Below are positions 40,479-54,832 of a DNA stretch of 64,000 bases, piece by piece. The stretch comes from Eledone cirrhosa (Eukaryota): the NCBI GenBank assembly GCA_964016885.1, contig OZ024743.1, positions 275,962,001-276,026,000 on the forward strand, written 5' to 3'. Below the pieces are notes generated by a model. The model was not told where the DNA came from, did no database searches, and was given only the letters and a program-made list of their open reading frames with translations. Numbering within the stretch: the first letter of the stretch is position 1; each line of letters begins with the position of its first letter. The position numbers were made by a program, and so were the translations under genes.

Positions 40479-42045
40479 TATCTACGCGTGTGTGTGTGTG
40501 TGTTCAATGCAGCTTGAAATAAATTGCTGATGTCATTCATACTTTTTTAAAAATGTTATTATTAATTTTAATTTTATAATTTTTAATGCAGTTTTCATCT
40601 CTTGAAATTGCAATATTGACATTCTTGCAACAATGAAAAATTATAGACAGCATTTCGTTGAGGAGGAGAAAAAATACCCCCCATCTCTCTCGCACACACT
40701 ATGAAAACAGATTCATTACAGAGAAAACCAGAACCCCACTTCCCCTGCATCGTCTGTTTCTGCTGTCACTACAACGAGCGAGAGAGAGAGAAAGGGGGGT
40801 GGGCAAGCTAGAGAGAGATGAATAAGTGAGAGGAGAGAGAGAGGGGGGGGGGGTTAGAGAGGGATGAATGAGTGAGAGAAGGGCTAGGTCGAGAGAGAGA
40901 GAATGAGTGAAAAGATTAGGGAGAGAGCGAGAGAGATGGAGTGTGAGAAGAAGAAAAAAAGAGGGGAAATGAGCGAATAACCTGGATGATTGATATAAAA
41001 GTACTAAAACTGTGTCAAAAATTTCATTTATTTATTTTTTATAAAAGAAAGCGGTTGCAGGAAATAAGTAAGGGAACTTTCCCTCCTCACCCCAGTTTTT
41101 TTTTTCACTTTAACTCTTTCCTTACTCCCAAAAGGAAGTGCAAAGGAGTGCTTAGCTTCTTTCTGGTTAAAACACCAATCAATAAACGAAGTTTGGAGTC
41201 TCTCTTTTAAGGATGATGGCGATGGTAGTTGCTGTGGTGCTGATGGAATTATAAGCTAAGGTAGAATGAATATTAAAAGCATCAAGAAAATAGTAAAACT
41301 AATTAAAAATAATAATTAACAACAAAAATAATACAAATAAATAAATTATGAAACACGCACATATAGATACGCACTCACGCATGCATACATGCACACACAT
41401 TTACCTACACGCCACAATGAGGGAATTTCTCCCGTAGCTTGAAGGTCAATAAGAGAATTATATTGCTGACATACTTTTAAAGAGGTTTTCTCTCTCTACA
41501 AGATGTAATGGAATGGAATAAAAAATAAACTAATAAATAAATAAATAAATAACGAAATATTCTTCTAGAGGGCAAGTTTCCTTTAAAAAAGAAAAAAAAA
41601 ATAGGGGAAAAAGAAAGAATTAGGTCAAGTTTATAGGTTTATTTCAGCTTATTTTCTTGTTTCTTTCTTTCTAGCTTTATTCTTAGCACTTCTATAAAGA
41701 GATCAAATGATCAAGAAAAAAGAGAATGAGAAGAGAAAAAAAAATCTGCTGTGTGAGAAGTTTGAAATCTGTTCAAGCAAAAAATAAATATATAAATATC
41801 AGAAGTTAAGCTTCGTTTTTTTTAAAAATGTCTTCCTCCCCCCCTCCCCCCCCCCCTTAGAGACTGGATTTTTCCACTGGCAAAGAAAGCGGCACTATTT
41901 AAAATTAGTTTTAATGTCTAATTCATTAGAGGTAATATCGTCTGCCCAATTTGCTTACTTGCAAAAAGATGTGTTATTTTAATAACTCGACCACCATAAC
42001 AACAAACTAAACTTAACATTAAGGTAACTTGATCTAACGACGGAC

Positions 42046-42087
<42 letters not shown>

Positions 42088-43891
42088 CGCGCGCGCGACC
42101 TGCTAGAAAAAGCTGCTAAATCTCCCCCGAGCCACAACTTGCTAGTCTTTGTTCTCAAAATAAATAACATCGGAATCACGTAGATTTGATAACATTAGCT
42201 AATGTTTAGGTCCAAGATAAATCACGAGTGGAAAAATGGGATAGTCGAAGTTGGGACGCATTAAATCATGTCATGTTTTTACACAAACAATGTTAATGTA
42301 ACTCGAAGTGGGGTGGTCGTGGCTGGAACATTCTTGGTCATAAGCCTTGCTAAATAAGAGCCGATCTGATACGCCATTAAATTAACTCCCAGATGGGGAG
42401 TCTTAAGAGATCATAAGCCTTGTTTCACTAGAGCTGATCCTAACAACAATTAAGATAACCCTCTATATGGGTGTCCGACTTGCTAGAAATAGTAGACGGA
42501 TCCGCTCAGATATAACGATACCGGAGGGGGGGGGGATTCAATACTGGAATCGAACATACGCTATATTGGAGGAGAAAAAGACGAGATGACCTCAATTGAA
42601 ACCCCCTTGTTAATCAAGGTTGCTACTGGGGGTTATAAACAATAATGTTAAGGGAAGCCGTCAGGGAATAATTTGGAATTGTTTTGAAAGTATTAAATAT
42701 TTTATACAGATTTGTGGTCCTTCGTTACTGCTTCTTCAAAACTCTATATCATCTGTAAGGGTCATAAAAGGACACCAACTGTTATCACGAGATTTGGACC
42801 GAAGAAGAGGGAACCTGGTGCAGTCCTTTGGCGTGCAAGAAATGGCAGGTCTTGCCTTTAATCACACTTTACTCCCGTAAAAATGTGTAGCCTGAGTGCA
42901 TAAATAATTGTGCGCGCGCGTGCGTGCGTGCGTGCGTGCGTGCGTGTGTGTGTGTGTGTGTTCTTGCTATTATTTCTTTATTTCATGAGTAAGAGAGACA
43001 AGTTTTAAATGAGTACTCAATATATATTAGGAGTGTGTGTTAACGTTATTTAAAGATATCCTTGTTTTTCTAGGGTTAAACTATCGTGAATAATAAATAA
43101 CAGTAGTGTATATATGTGTATAATCGGATGATTATTGTTGGAACGCTTTTCATCATATATCTTTTCAATTCAAACTAACAGCATCTAAGAGTGATTGAAA
43201 CAATTCAAAGTCAATTTCGAAATCTAACCAGCCAATAGTTTTTAGTTGATAAAGCAGTTAGGTTCTTTCAGCGGATTTCCCTAGTCGTTCTACAGGGTAA
43301 CACATTCGCCATTTTATCTGTCGAAACCATGAAGCATTTTGCATGTTTCGCCGAAACTTCTAAATGTTAGAGGTTGGTGTTGTTTAGTGCCAGGCCAGAC
43401 CTAATCCAGCAGTCATGTATTCAATTACACTTCCCACCGTAATCAACCTATTTATTTTTGTATAAATGTATCTAGAACTAATTTATCTAATGTAACCCCT
43501 CACCAACGTTTGGAATTTTAACCCTCGTGGAAAATAATCAGAAATTAATAAAATAACTTCTTTAGCGGATATTTGGAATACAACGCAACAAAAAATTCTT
43601 ACATCAAATTATGATGGAATATTTTGTATGAGTACTTAAAAATAGACGCTTTTATATCACAGAGCCCAAAGCAGTTTCATGCGGGTTCATATTACAAGGG
43701 GAGACACTGAAGTTGTATGATTTGAAAGGAGATTTTGACGGTTATATCTTGCTTGCACGTTCGGAAAGTTGGTTGAAAACACCGTCCCGGTTTATTTGAA
43801 TGGATCTTGCTTATATAGAAATAGAATACCACCATTTAAATTTCTTTAATAATTAACAGCCCCACCCCTTTTCAATAACCACTCCAAACTG

Positions 43892-43944
<53 letters not shown>

Positions 43945-43945
<1 letters not shown>

Positions 43946-44134
43946 CGAAGGAGTTGTGGTAAGGAACCAGATGGACCATAACGCACCAGAGTACTCAATA
44001 CTTAGGGTAGTAGAGTGGGTAATATGAGCAAGTATGACCCCGACGGCAGAGCTCAGGCCGTTTCGACGGCTATTTCTGGACTGAAATAGCCGTCGAAACG
44101 GCTTGAGCTCTGCCGTCGGGGTCATACTTTCTCG
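43945..44134. mobile_element. Unclassified (TA)n-flanked element with a 47-bp hairpin
   Basis: Flanked by TA runs; arms 44030-44076 and 44083-44129; related copy at 54679-54832. Confidence 0.7.
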
Positions 44135-44406
44135 TATATATATATTGCGAATACCCATCCATTCGCTGAGTATAATGATAACTTCCTTTTTCCCTTGAAT
44201 ATGAAATATATATTGAAACAGACACTTACACACATATGTATGTGTGTGTAAATCGACTAGTGTTGCTATCGTGCAAATACGGCATTGATAGATTCCCAAT
44301 GTGTATATATGTATGTATGTGTATGCGAAGAGAGAGAGAGATCATTGGAAAAGCAGCAGCCGATGCTATGAATGAATGAATGTATATGCATATGCATATG
44401 GTGTGT

Positions 44407-44442
<36 letters not shown>

Positions 44443-44688
44443 TTGGTTGTCCTGGTGTGTGTGTGTGTGTATTTCTCGAACACAAAATAACTTATACGAA
44501 ACTATCTTCTCTCTGTGTATAAGGAAGATGGGATATGTCAGGGTGCGGTGGCTGGCTATATCCGTGTCAAAACAAACACTTGTCAGAGTACTTATTTTTA
44601 ATACTAGAATCTTGGTGTTGATAATAACATATCAATGACAAGTCCTACAGATAGCATTTACATGAAAGATAGAGAACCACACCACACA

Positions 44689-44749
<61 letters not shown>

Positions 44750-45138
44750 GGGGGGGGGGATAAAAGATAAGTAACTACCTTATGGAGAGGAAGGTGGAGA
44801 GCAACTAATGTAGTATCGGTGGTGGTGTTGTTATTATTAGTGGTAGTAGTAGTAAATAAACGAAAGGGAGATGCCGAGGATATATAAAAAATATAAAGAA
44901 AATACAGAGAGAAAGAAAAGGGGAAATATAGAAGATAATATAATATTAAAATGTGTCACGTCAAAAATCCCATTAAAGCCCTAGCTAATATAATTTTAGC
45001 AATTCTTTCTCTCACTCACTCTGTCCGCTACTCATTGGTTATCCACATTAGAAAACGCTCAATACAAAAGTATAAACGAAATCGATAAATACCGACACCC
45101 TATACACTTCGATAGCGGGAAGACACACGCACACACAC

Positions 45139-45179
<41 letters not shown>

Positions 45180-46443
45180 CTAGATAGATAGATAGAGCTA
45201 AAAAAAAAAAAACTGGCTGGAGTAGCATGAGTATTACCAGTAGCACGAGTATTACCAATACTACTACAACTACTAACAATACAAATTACAAATAAAATTT
45301 TAAATGATTCAGTAAAAAAAGATATAACGATTATTTTAATACATTTGTTCTTTCTCTCCCGCACCTAATTTAATTTGGATAATCTTTAGAAATTACTAAT
45401 TTCTGATATAGAAGAGAATATTGATTCGTTAAAGAAATTTTGACCATTTTAATTTTATACATGCGCCTATATTACTCCCGACAAATAAAATATGCCCCTA
45501 GACGGAGGTAATTTTAATTCAAAACTAAAACCTATTCTAAAGTGTGATGAATGAATACATGATCATCACAACTTTACGTTCTTCTTAACTCATACACACA
45601 CACACGCATTATATATATATACATATATATATATATAATGCGTGTACACACACACACACACACACATACATACATACAGAATAGGCGATGTGAAATATCG
45701 ACGATGAATCGCGCACTTCTCTGAGTAGCCAGATAAGAGTTATTTCCCTTAGACAAGCAGGCGCGCCTGAACTGACGAGGTAGTCCTAACAACCTGCCAC
45801 ACGATGTTGTTATCCTGTCAGAACTACAAGCATGCGGATGATATATAATTGGAAATTAGTAAAATCGAATCTCTGGCGGTTTGCAAGTAAATTCGGCCTA
45901 CTATAACGAAAATTCTGAAGGGATATAGACTTGTAAATTATATTTTTCTAAGGCGCGGGTTTAGTACTAACTAACATTGACAACTTTAATTATATTTGAA
46001 AAAAAAATAGGAGAGAAGAAAACATCAAAGAAAAATAATGTAATCTTGTTTGAGATGAAGGAGATACAGGAGAGTAAACAATAAAATAGCAGACAGGCAT
46101 CAAAGCATGTATAGAAAAAGAAGAGGAAGGGGAGAAATCGTTAAAATAAAGGCCGAGAATGAGTGAGGGGAGTATGAGAAGAGATGTTTAGATAGACAGG
46201 GATAGGTAAAGAGGAGATTAGAATTATAAGTAAAAAAGCAAGAGGGTGAGAAAGATTAAAGAGAGAGGTGGTGAAAAGAGATGTTTAGATAGAGATCGAC
46301 AGGTAAAAAGAGGGAGAAAATTATAAGTAAAAGAATGGAGATGGAGAAACGGGCAAGACAGAGGTGCGAGAGATGTTTAGATAGAGATGGATAAAGAGGG
46401 GGAGAAAATAAACAGAGTGGATAAGATGTAGTAAGAGATGTTT

Positions 46444-46485
<42 letters not shown>

Positions 46486-48924
46486 CGGAAGGGAGGGAAA
46501 GAAAATAAGTAGAAGAGAAAATAACTAATAAACAAATGAAGATCAAAGGGGAGAGAAGTGGAAAACTTTCACTTGAGACTAGCGTAGTTTAATAACGAAC
46601 GAGAAAGCTGGAAAAGAGAGAGAGAGAGAGAATTTAGAAATCTAAAACAAATATATTCGGTACCATCCCGTCTGATGTTGTTATTATTATTATTTTTTAT
46701 TTTCTTCAATTTGCAACTGGTGAATAATAGCGTCGTTGATTACAAGCTATGGACAGATTTCTGGTGGAGAGAGTGACACACAGGCCAAAATAAAGCTGGG
46801 TGTGGCAACAAGGGCAATGTCCACAGATAAAATATGACACCCTCACATCATTTAGTGTATTGGGTATGCCTCTAATAATTCGGATTGCGATGCAGTTATA
46901 AATTTGATATACATATAAACTAATTTATTTCTTCCATGTACTGTGCCGTTTGGTTTTGTTTATATATATATATATATATATGGTTAAATTTTATACACAA
47001 TTTAACTTCGGTATCAGCCAATCCCTTTAAATTCGGTTATATATTTATATATATAAGTACTAAAATATTTCCCCCAAAAAGCTGTAGTTCGAAACAATTA
47101 CTGTGTAAGAACCACTTTAATAAACTCTTTCGTGACCGTATTCCTAACGAAACTCTATTTCAACTCATTAGTGAAACATTTTGAGAGAATTACTAAAGTT
47201 ATTAATTATTTCATTACTAATAGAATAACTTACAATTATGTTGGACGATTTTAATTTAAAATAGATAATTTTGTTTCATTGAACCAGAGCCGGTATTTCT
47301 CCAGTTAGTATCAAAAGTGAATGAGCATGTGTGTTTAAATAAGTTCTTCAACGATGTAATTGTTTTAGTTTCAAGATACGTTCTTGGATCAAGTCACTTG
47401 CAAAACGAATACAACTCCGAACTTTATTTAAAATTTCTTAAAACAAAGAAGAATATTGAGTTCGTGAACACAGAAGAAGTGAGACTGCATAGTGTGCCGG
47501 AATTTCTGTAACTGCAAAGATGACAGGAAGAGTTATCAATAAATAAAAAGGGGAAAGAGCACACGGTATTTTTGTTAGAATGTACTAACCAACAAAAAGA
47601 CACAACAGCAGTGTACTATTTACATGAGAATGTTGCTAAGTGCAGCGGATAAAGAAGAACGATTATGTAGAGAGAAAGCCATGTTGTGTGAAAACAAAAG
47701 ATCATTAACAAGGGAAATGACAAGACGACGACGGAAAGAAAAGAAGAAAAGCAGGAGAAATAATGAAAACAATATGGAGGCGGAAAGATGAAAGATATAA
47801 TGTTAAAGAAAATGAAGATCAACAATATTATGTTACGTTTAGTAAAAACAAACCTAACACCCCACCCTTTATCTCGACCTCCTTCTCCCCCAGTCCTAAG
47901 AAACTGGAACAGAAAAATAAAATATAAGCTTTCACACAAAAGTCAACGAAAAAAACAACTATAATCTCACTTTGATAATAAAAACAGCAAAATTAATACA
48001 TTTAATTCTGTCTCGCTGTTACATTCAACACTACTGCTTTTCCGTATTCAATAGTATATTTAATGCATTAGTTCTACTGAAAACAATAGGATCAAACTGC
48101 AAAAGGAAAAAAATGTCAATTCTAGTGGATAAAGAAAAGACGCTAGTTTCGCAACCATATGGCTTCTGCTCTAGCTTCAAAGTGATGTATATATTGTGAG
48201 TTAAAACTGATAGACAGAAACTGTGCGGAAGCCCGTCACATATGCGTATCTTTGTTTTTAGGTTTTACATTGATATAACGGCTATGCTTATTGTAGAAGC
48301 TCCCACATTAGTGTACTTGAAATCTGTTATCAAATATTGAGAACTAGTCAGTGGTAGGATACGAACCACTTTGCTTAATTATTAAGGATCATAAAACAAT
48401 ATACACTTACTATATATGAAACTGTGTGTCAAAGTATTACTTAATACCAGCCTACCATAACTGTGTAATAAGAAACCTCATTTAAAAGTATTCGTATTTA
48501 AATTGAAAGAAAAAAGTTTTGAAAAAATATCGTTGTTAAGCTAAGTACTCCAGCGTAATAATATGGTTATTTATTTTACTAAATTATTTTAAATTGTTGA
48601 TTTACAAAATTAATTGAAAGACATAGTGATGTATTTCATGAGAAATATGCCATCAAAAGGGTTGTTTTTTTTTAATATTTTATTTTATTTTATTTTATTG
48701 CTCAATGTCTTACCAGGATACCTCAAAATGGTTGCTGCTCTCCTCAATATATAACCATGTTTAGTGTTAAAAAATGAAAAATTGACCCTTAATATATTCA
48801 AATTGTTACTTTATCAGGCATGTGTGTTGTGGTCAGAATCTCTGCTTTCAATGTTGTCCCATAGTTTATTATGCCAATTGTATAATGAGTAATATAAATG
48901 TTCCATGTATAATGAATGACCAGT

Positions 48925-49380
48925 CATCAGAAGAAGGGAAGTAGATGTAAGCCAAACTTACTATATTCAATTCAGTGTTCATGCCTACCACTACCTATGG
49001 TCTTGAATCTTGGGTAATGACCGAAATAATTCAATCGCGAATACAAGCAGTCAAATGGAGTTCTTTTAAAGGGGCTCAGAGAGTAATGTTATTCGATGGA
49101 AATCACGGAGTCACTTCAAGTAGAGTTGCTGCTTCTCTGAATCAAGAGATCACAGCTCCGATACTGCGGACATGTGGTTAGAATATCTAAGGAAAGAATT
49201 GCTGGACAGATTTTACAGGCAAAGTCGACCGTGAGCAAGATGGTTGGATAGCACCCATAAGCTCAGCTAGTCTTACTTGGCGACCCAGCCAGATTATTTG
49301 GAAACAGTTGCTTCTGGTAGGACCCTCTGGAAAGAATGTGTGGGGAATCTATCCTCATGACTCTCTCAGGAATGTGGGCA
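48925..49380 (+). mobile_element. Decayed RTE (Expander/Rex3-like) LINE 3' fragment
   Basis: VFMPTTTYGLESWVMTEIIQSRIQAV resembles the RTE C-terminal PTLTYGxExWVMTE.RSRIQAAEM motif; frameshifted. Confidence 0.75.
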
Positions 49381-51051
49381 AAGATGTGTTTATAAAAAAT
49401 TGTGTCCTTGATTCAGTCCTATTAAGCATTGCATACATTAGACTGTGCAGCAGAATGATGTAGATATCTTTCATTTAGAGTTCATTTTATAAATTCCAAT
49501 TGCTGTGTGTCAGAACATTATGCTTACATGTAGTAAGTGGGGACATCTGGCAGTAAAACATTGCTCCAAAGGACTGTATAATGATTATGAAGCCTGTTAA
49601 AGAGCCTGCAAGGCTGATCCTTGCTTTTGCAGGGAAAATGACCTTAAAACACTTGTTATTTAAATTCTAATATGAATAAAAAAAATAGCTGAATGCAATG
49701 AAAAAGTTTTATTAAAGCAAAAAAAAACCCAACTAATTAAAAACAATGATGAACAAAAATAATTCGAACGGCTTTAGTTGAATTCAAAATTGTAATTTTT
49801 AATTAGGTGAAATATAATTTATTTCAACTGAATAAATAAGAGACATGTTAAAATTCCTGTATTTTAGTGAGTTACCAGAATTACAAGTTTAAAAATCTGG
49901 TTGGGACCAACTGCCTCTAGTTCTATGATACAAAATCTTTTGTTTTAAAAATATTCACATTTAATGAAAACTCTATATCACAATTCTATGTAAGAATCTT
50001 TTGTTAATAATCAATAGTCAATGTTCCACACACAAGCTTCAATATGAAATATATATGACTGAGTTATTTTATTAAATACCTCTAAATTCTTGATTATTTT
50101 CCAAAACTAGTAAAAACATGGAGGACTAATGTCTGTTTAGAAATATAGTGACAACAAAAGGGTTAAACTATGTTAATTCTTCATAGTTTAATTAAATACT
50201 ATTGAAATTATATAGTAGTTAAAGAAATATAATTTTTTTTTTTTTTTATATTTATTTATAAGAAATTATTTTTATTACAAACTTTAACAATAGATTTTAA
50301 AATTAATTGTCTGAATCAGTTATTGACATAGACAAACAACAGTACCAGCTATTCAAAGAATGTAAAAACTAAATTGACTTGCCAAAATCAACTATTCTTA
50401 GATATAGTAAATGTCTTAGTAGAAATGTGTAAGAATACAAAAACACAGTATTTCTTTGTAAGGAACACTAAGCCACCATAGAGCAGTTAATTGGTATTCA
50501 GAGAGGAATTAATCAAAGATACAATAAAAACCAGTTTGAAGCATGAACCAGCATATGTATATGTGTAATATGTGTGTATATATATATGTGTGGTGGGATG
50601 TGTGTATGTGTACACATTCACAGTATAACGAAGACAAACAGTGTTGATTATTCAGTACATAAGACCAGTCCAGTTGTATCTATCTTTTTAAAGTAAACTC
50701 CTCCACAGAAAACGATCTTTAAAAGGCCATGTGCTTCATTTACAAGCAGTGAACACACAAATTCTAATAAACTGTTTGCACGGAGACAACTATACACACC
50801 TAAATTCAAATACGTAACAATGCATATTCAATGTTTCAGTCGGTAACACCTGCGGCTATTTAGTCTCTGTACACAAATGCAATATCCAGTGAGTAACTAG
50901 CAATTACCAAGAGCTTAATACCACCTAAAGACAATAATCATGAGCTAGTATATAAAACTATGATGAAGGACTATTGAATCCAACATATCATGCATACAAA
51001 CTCTCACTTTCTCTTTCATTCTTTTCATAATATCCACACAAATACACCATG

Positions 51052-51092
<41 letters not shown>

Positions 51093-51406
51093 AATATGCA
51101 CACACAGAAATGTATCATAATACACAACAAACAAGCTTACCATAACATATACACACCATAATATGCATATACAAATACAACATAATACACACACAACCAC
51201 CACTACATATTGGCTATACATTCTGTTGTGTTTATATATAGACAACAACATGTTTAATAGATAAACAATAATACTTGAAAACGAATTCACACTAAATGTA
51301 AAATAATTGTCAAAATGACAAAACAAAGAACACAAACAAAATGTTACAGTTGATGATTATCTAAAGAATCTGAATAGTTCATGGTTTGTAACTAATTTAT
51401 AGGCAG

Positions 51407-51897
51407 GAACATATGTAAAACTAGAGTAAGGAAGAACTGGGAGGATTATATTATAGTCAAGAACACAGGTAAAACTAGAGCAAGGATGAACTGGGGAAGC
51501 TATAGACGAGAACACACGTAAAACTAGAGAGCAAGGATGAACTGGGGAAGCTATAGACAAGAACACATAGGTAGAACTAGAGCAAGGATGAACTGGGGAG
51601 GCTATAGATAAGAATATATAGGTAAAACTAGAGCAATGATGAACTGAGGAGGCTATAGACAAGAACACAAAGGTAGAACTAGAGCAAGGATGAACTGGGG
51701 AGGCTATAGATAAGAATATATAGGTAAAACTAGAGCAATGATGAACTGAGGAGGCTATAGACAAGAACACAAAGGTAGAACTAGAGCAAGGAAGAACGGG
51801 GGAAGCTATAGATTAGAACACATAGGTAAAACTAGAGCAAGGATGAATTGCATAAGCTATAGATTAGAATATATAGGTAGAATTAGAGCAAGGATCA
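51407..51897. repeat. 51-bp minisatellite, about 9-10 units
   Basis: Unit gaacacataggtagaactagagcaaggatgaactggggaggctatagacaa; period seen at 51561 and 51612. Confidence 0.95.
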
Positions 51898-52265
51898 ATT
51901 GAAAAGAAGTATTTGTGAAGTAGTTGAAAAAAAATTACAAAAAAAAATTAATAGTAAATAAAAAAAGATGTAAAAATGGTTTAAAATGAAACGAAAAAAA
52001 AATTTTTTTTTTCTTTCTTTTTTTTTGTAGTGACTGTCTGAATAGGGATGATATCTGTCTAAGTCTTTCGATATGGAATTGCTTGGAACTACACTGGATT
52101 TATGATATAAAACTGCTCTATTTTAAAATGTTCATGCTTATATGAAATCTTCCAATAACAATTTTATTTAAAGTTTTGTTAAATTCAGCTTATTAATTAA
52201 ATTTAATTATTTTACTAAATCCCTCCAAATATTTTATTATTTTCAAAATTTATTGAAAATGTATC

Positions 52266-52514
52266 AACCCCTTGTTATTATATCTCTAATGAAAGACACT
52301 GCCTGAATTTTCAAAACATTTAAAAAATAATCAAGAGTTTGCAGGGAATTAGTAATATAACTAATTTTCTGGTACTTGGAGCATAATTTTACAAAGCTTC
52401 TTACATACAATTATGATGGAAGATTTTAAAATAAATATACACATCTTAAAACAAAGAGTTTTGAATCATAAAACCAGAGGCAGTTTCAGGCAGGTTAGTA
52501 TCAAAAGAGTTAAT
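52266..52514. mobile_element. piggyBac-type MITE
   Basis: aaccccttgtt ... gtatcaaaagagttaa. Further copies at about 32620-32791, 49895-50167, 57497-57670, 60760-61006 and 63857-64000. Confidence 0.65.
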
Positions 52515-53795
52515 AACTTCCTGCAGTAGTAATGTTATTATTATTGTTGTTTCACATTTGTATATTATATAGAAATAAACACATTCATTTTCTTAAATTT
52601 TACTCCAGAGAAAAGTAGCAGTGGCCATTGGCCCTTTAATGGAGAGAAAATGATGAATGAACAGAATCTAAACTATAAAAAAGGGAGGAGCGCGGGACTG
52701 TGTATGTTTTATAAATTTTTTATCCCATTAGTAAAATAAGTTGGATTACTTTGAATAAACAATGAATGAATATTACATAATTTATCTACTAAATTTCGTG
52801 GCTATTGATTAAATATATTTTGTTTATTTAAAGATTCACTTCTTTAAAATTTCTGAAATGTCAACACTTCCGGTTGGCGATTGCTTAAATAAACATACTA
52901 ATTTTCTCCTAATGCAGTTTATATATAATATCGTCTTTTTTTAATGTATCATGGATTACGTTACTGATTACATAAGACAGTGTAATATAGTCTTTGCTCA
53001 ATTTCTATGTATTATATATTGTCAATTACGAATTTATTTGATGTATCATATCTACATGCATATATACTTGCGTATAATATCAATATACACACTACACATG
53101 CTAGCAGAAAACCACCCGAAGGGTGGTTTTTCTGCTAGTAAACATAATAACATATTTGAACACTAGGTCAACATCAACTAAATAGAAAAGACAAGCTTTT
53201 TATTAAGCAATCAGTAATGTTTACCATGACTGTCACTTGCAATTAAAGATGTCTTGATAGCATGTGTCTTGCTTTTGCTAATGGCTTTAGGTACCTACAT
53301 AGTCACAAGTCGACTGAGGCACCCTCTCAATCCTCCTACTCTTGGTCCATCAGAACATCTAGGATTAGACAGTGAGGGGAGAGAGAGAGAGAGTCACAGC
53401 AACAGAGATGCACGTCTTCTTTTTTTTAAATGAACCCCAAAAGGATAGAAAGCAAATTGAACTCCTGCAAGACTTGAAATTAGAATGCAGAGTGCCAGAA
53501 AACAAAAAAAATATTTGAAACATTCTATCCAATGTTCTAATGACTGCCAGCTGAGAGACCTTTGGTAATGTATAACCGAGTAATTTTAAGATGGTTTGTG
53601 TGTTTTCAATGGGGTTATAGATTTATTTGATTATAAATAACAACAAAGATTTAATGATGGTGAGTGGAAAGGCTCAATACTGTTAGTATCAGTAGAGACA
53701 AATTTATTGTACACCGTCTGAGACCTTGAATTTCATCTTTGATGATTAATTCATTCAGAACTGAAGCTTAAAGCTCCAGTCAATTTTCTTTCTCT

Positions 53796-53837
<42 letters not shown>

Positions 53838-54389
53838 AAAGGTCATATAAAATTCTTCATAAATTTATTCTACTGAGCTATTATATTTCTCTGGAGTTGA
53901 TGATCTAGTGATGTTATCACCACATAATTATCGGCCCGAGATCACCAGATAGCATTTTTAGAGATAAAGACAAGCAACTTCTATAGTTTATCAATATGAG
54001 GGCCAGCATAGAGCGTGTGTGTACACATACATACAAATATGTACAAAAGGCATATAAGATATTAATAATCAAAGTTAGTAATCTAGAAACAATTACTTCA
54101 TAGTTGTACTAAAGCGTTCTTTTTTTAAGTTAATACACAACCAAACAAAGAGTCAGGAGGGCTCTTCAGTTCTGTCAATAACATGGCAACCACTCTTAGT
54201 GTGTAGGATCATATGTAAGCATATCATGGGCTAAATAGAGTGCAGTAATGTATATAAGATGTATGCTCCTGGCCTATTGAAGTGTCAGTACCTCCATCCA
54301 AACCTTGATAGGAGGGAAAGCACACCTATGACGATGATGACACAGAACCCCTTGTTCTGGGTTACATATACATGTATGTATGTGTGTGA

Positions 54390-54563
54390 TGCTCCAGTAT
54401 ACTCAACTGAAAATGAGTACCAGAAATAGCTGGGAGTTTAACCCTGCAATAGACTGGCATCCTGTCCAGGGGGGAGTACTGTACTCTCAGTCGCTTATTG
54501 TCATAGAAACCGAGATAAACACCAACCTGATGCGCCTCTGGGCTTGAAACAGACTTTAGACTT
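54390..54563 (+). mobile_element. 5'-truncated SINE family B copy
   Basis: gctccagtatactcaactgaaaatgagtaccag ... cagactttagacttt. Confidence 0.85.
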
Positions 54564-54564
54564 T

Positions 54565-54615
54565 TATCATCATCATCGTTTAACGTCTATCTTCCACCCT
54601 AGCATGGGTTTAGAC

Positions 54616-54617
<2 letters not shown>
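54565..54617 (-). mobile_element. Diverged RTE 3' tip
   Basis: (atc)n gtttaacgtc ... gcatgggtttagac is the reverse complement of the RTE terminus. Confidence 0.75.
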
Positions 54618-54678
<61 letters not shown>

Positions 54679-54682
<4 letters not shown>

Positions 54683-54832
54683 CAAGAAAGTGTGGTAAGG
54701 AACCAGGTGGACAATAATGCACCAGAGTACTCGATACTTAGGGTAGTAGAGTGGGTAATAATACTGCTGGGTTAGTTCGGATCTAGCTGTCGAAACAGCC
54801 GGAGCTCAGCCATCGGGGCCCTGACTTTTTCC
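54679..54832. mobile_element. Second copy of the (TA)n-associated element, one hairpin arm only
   Basis: tgtggtaaggaaccag.tggac.ataa.gcaccagagtactc.atacttagggtagtagagtgggtaat is shared with 43945. Confidence 0.75.

Noticed and set aside
51357-51770. 137-aa repeat ORF (IASPVHPCSS)
   Set aside because: Translation of the 51-bp minisatellite; no exon signals.
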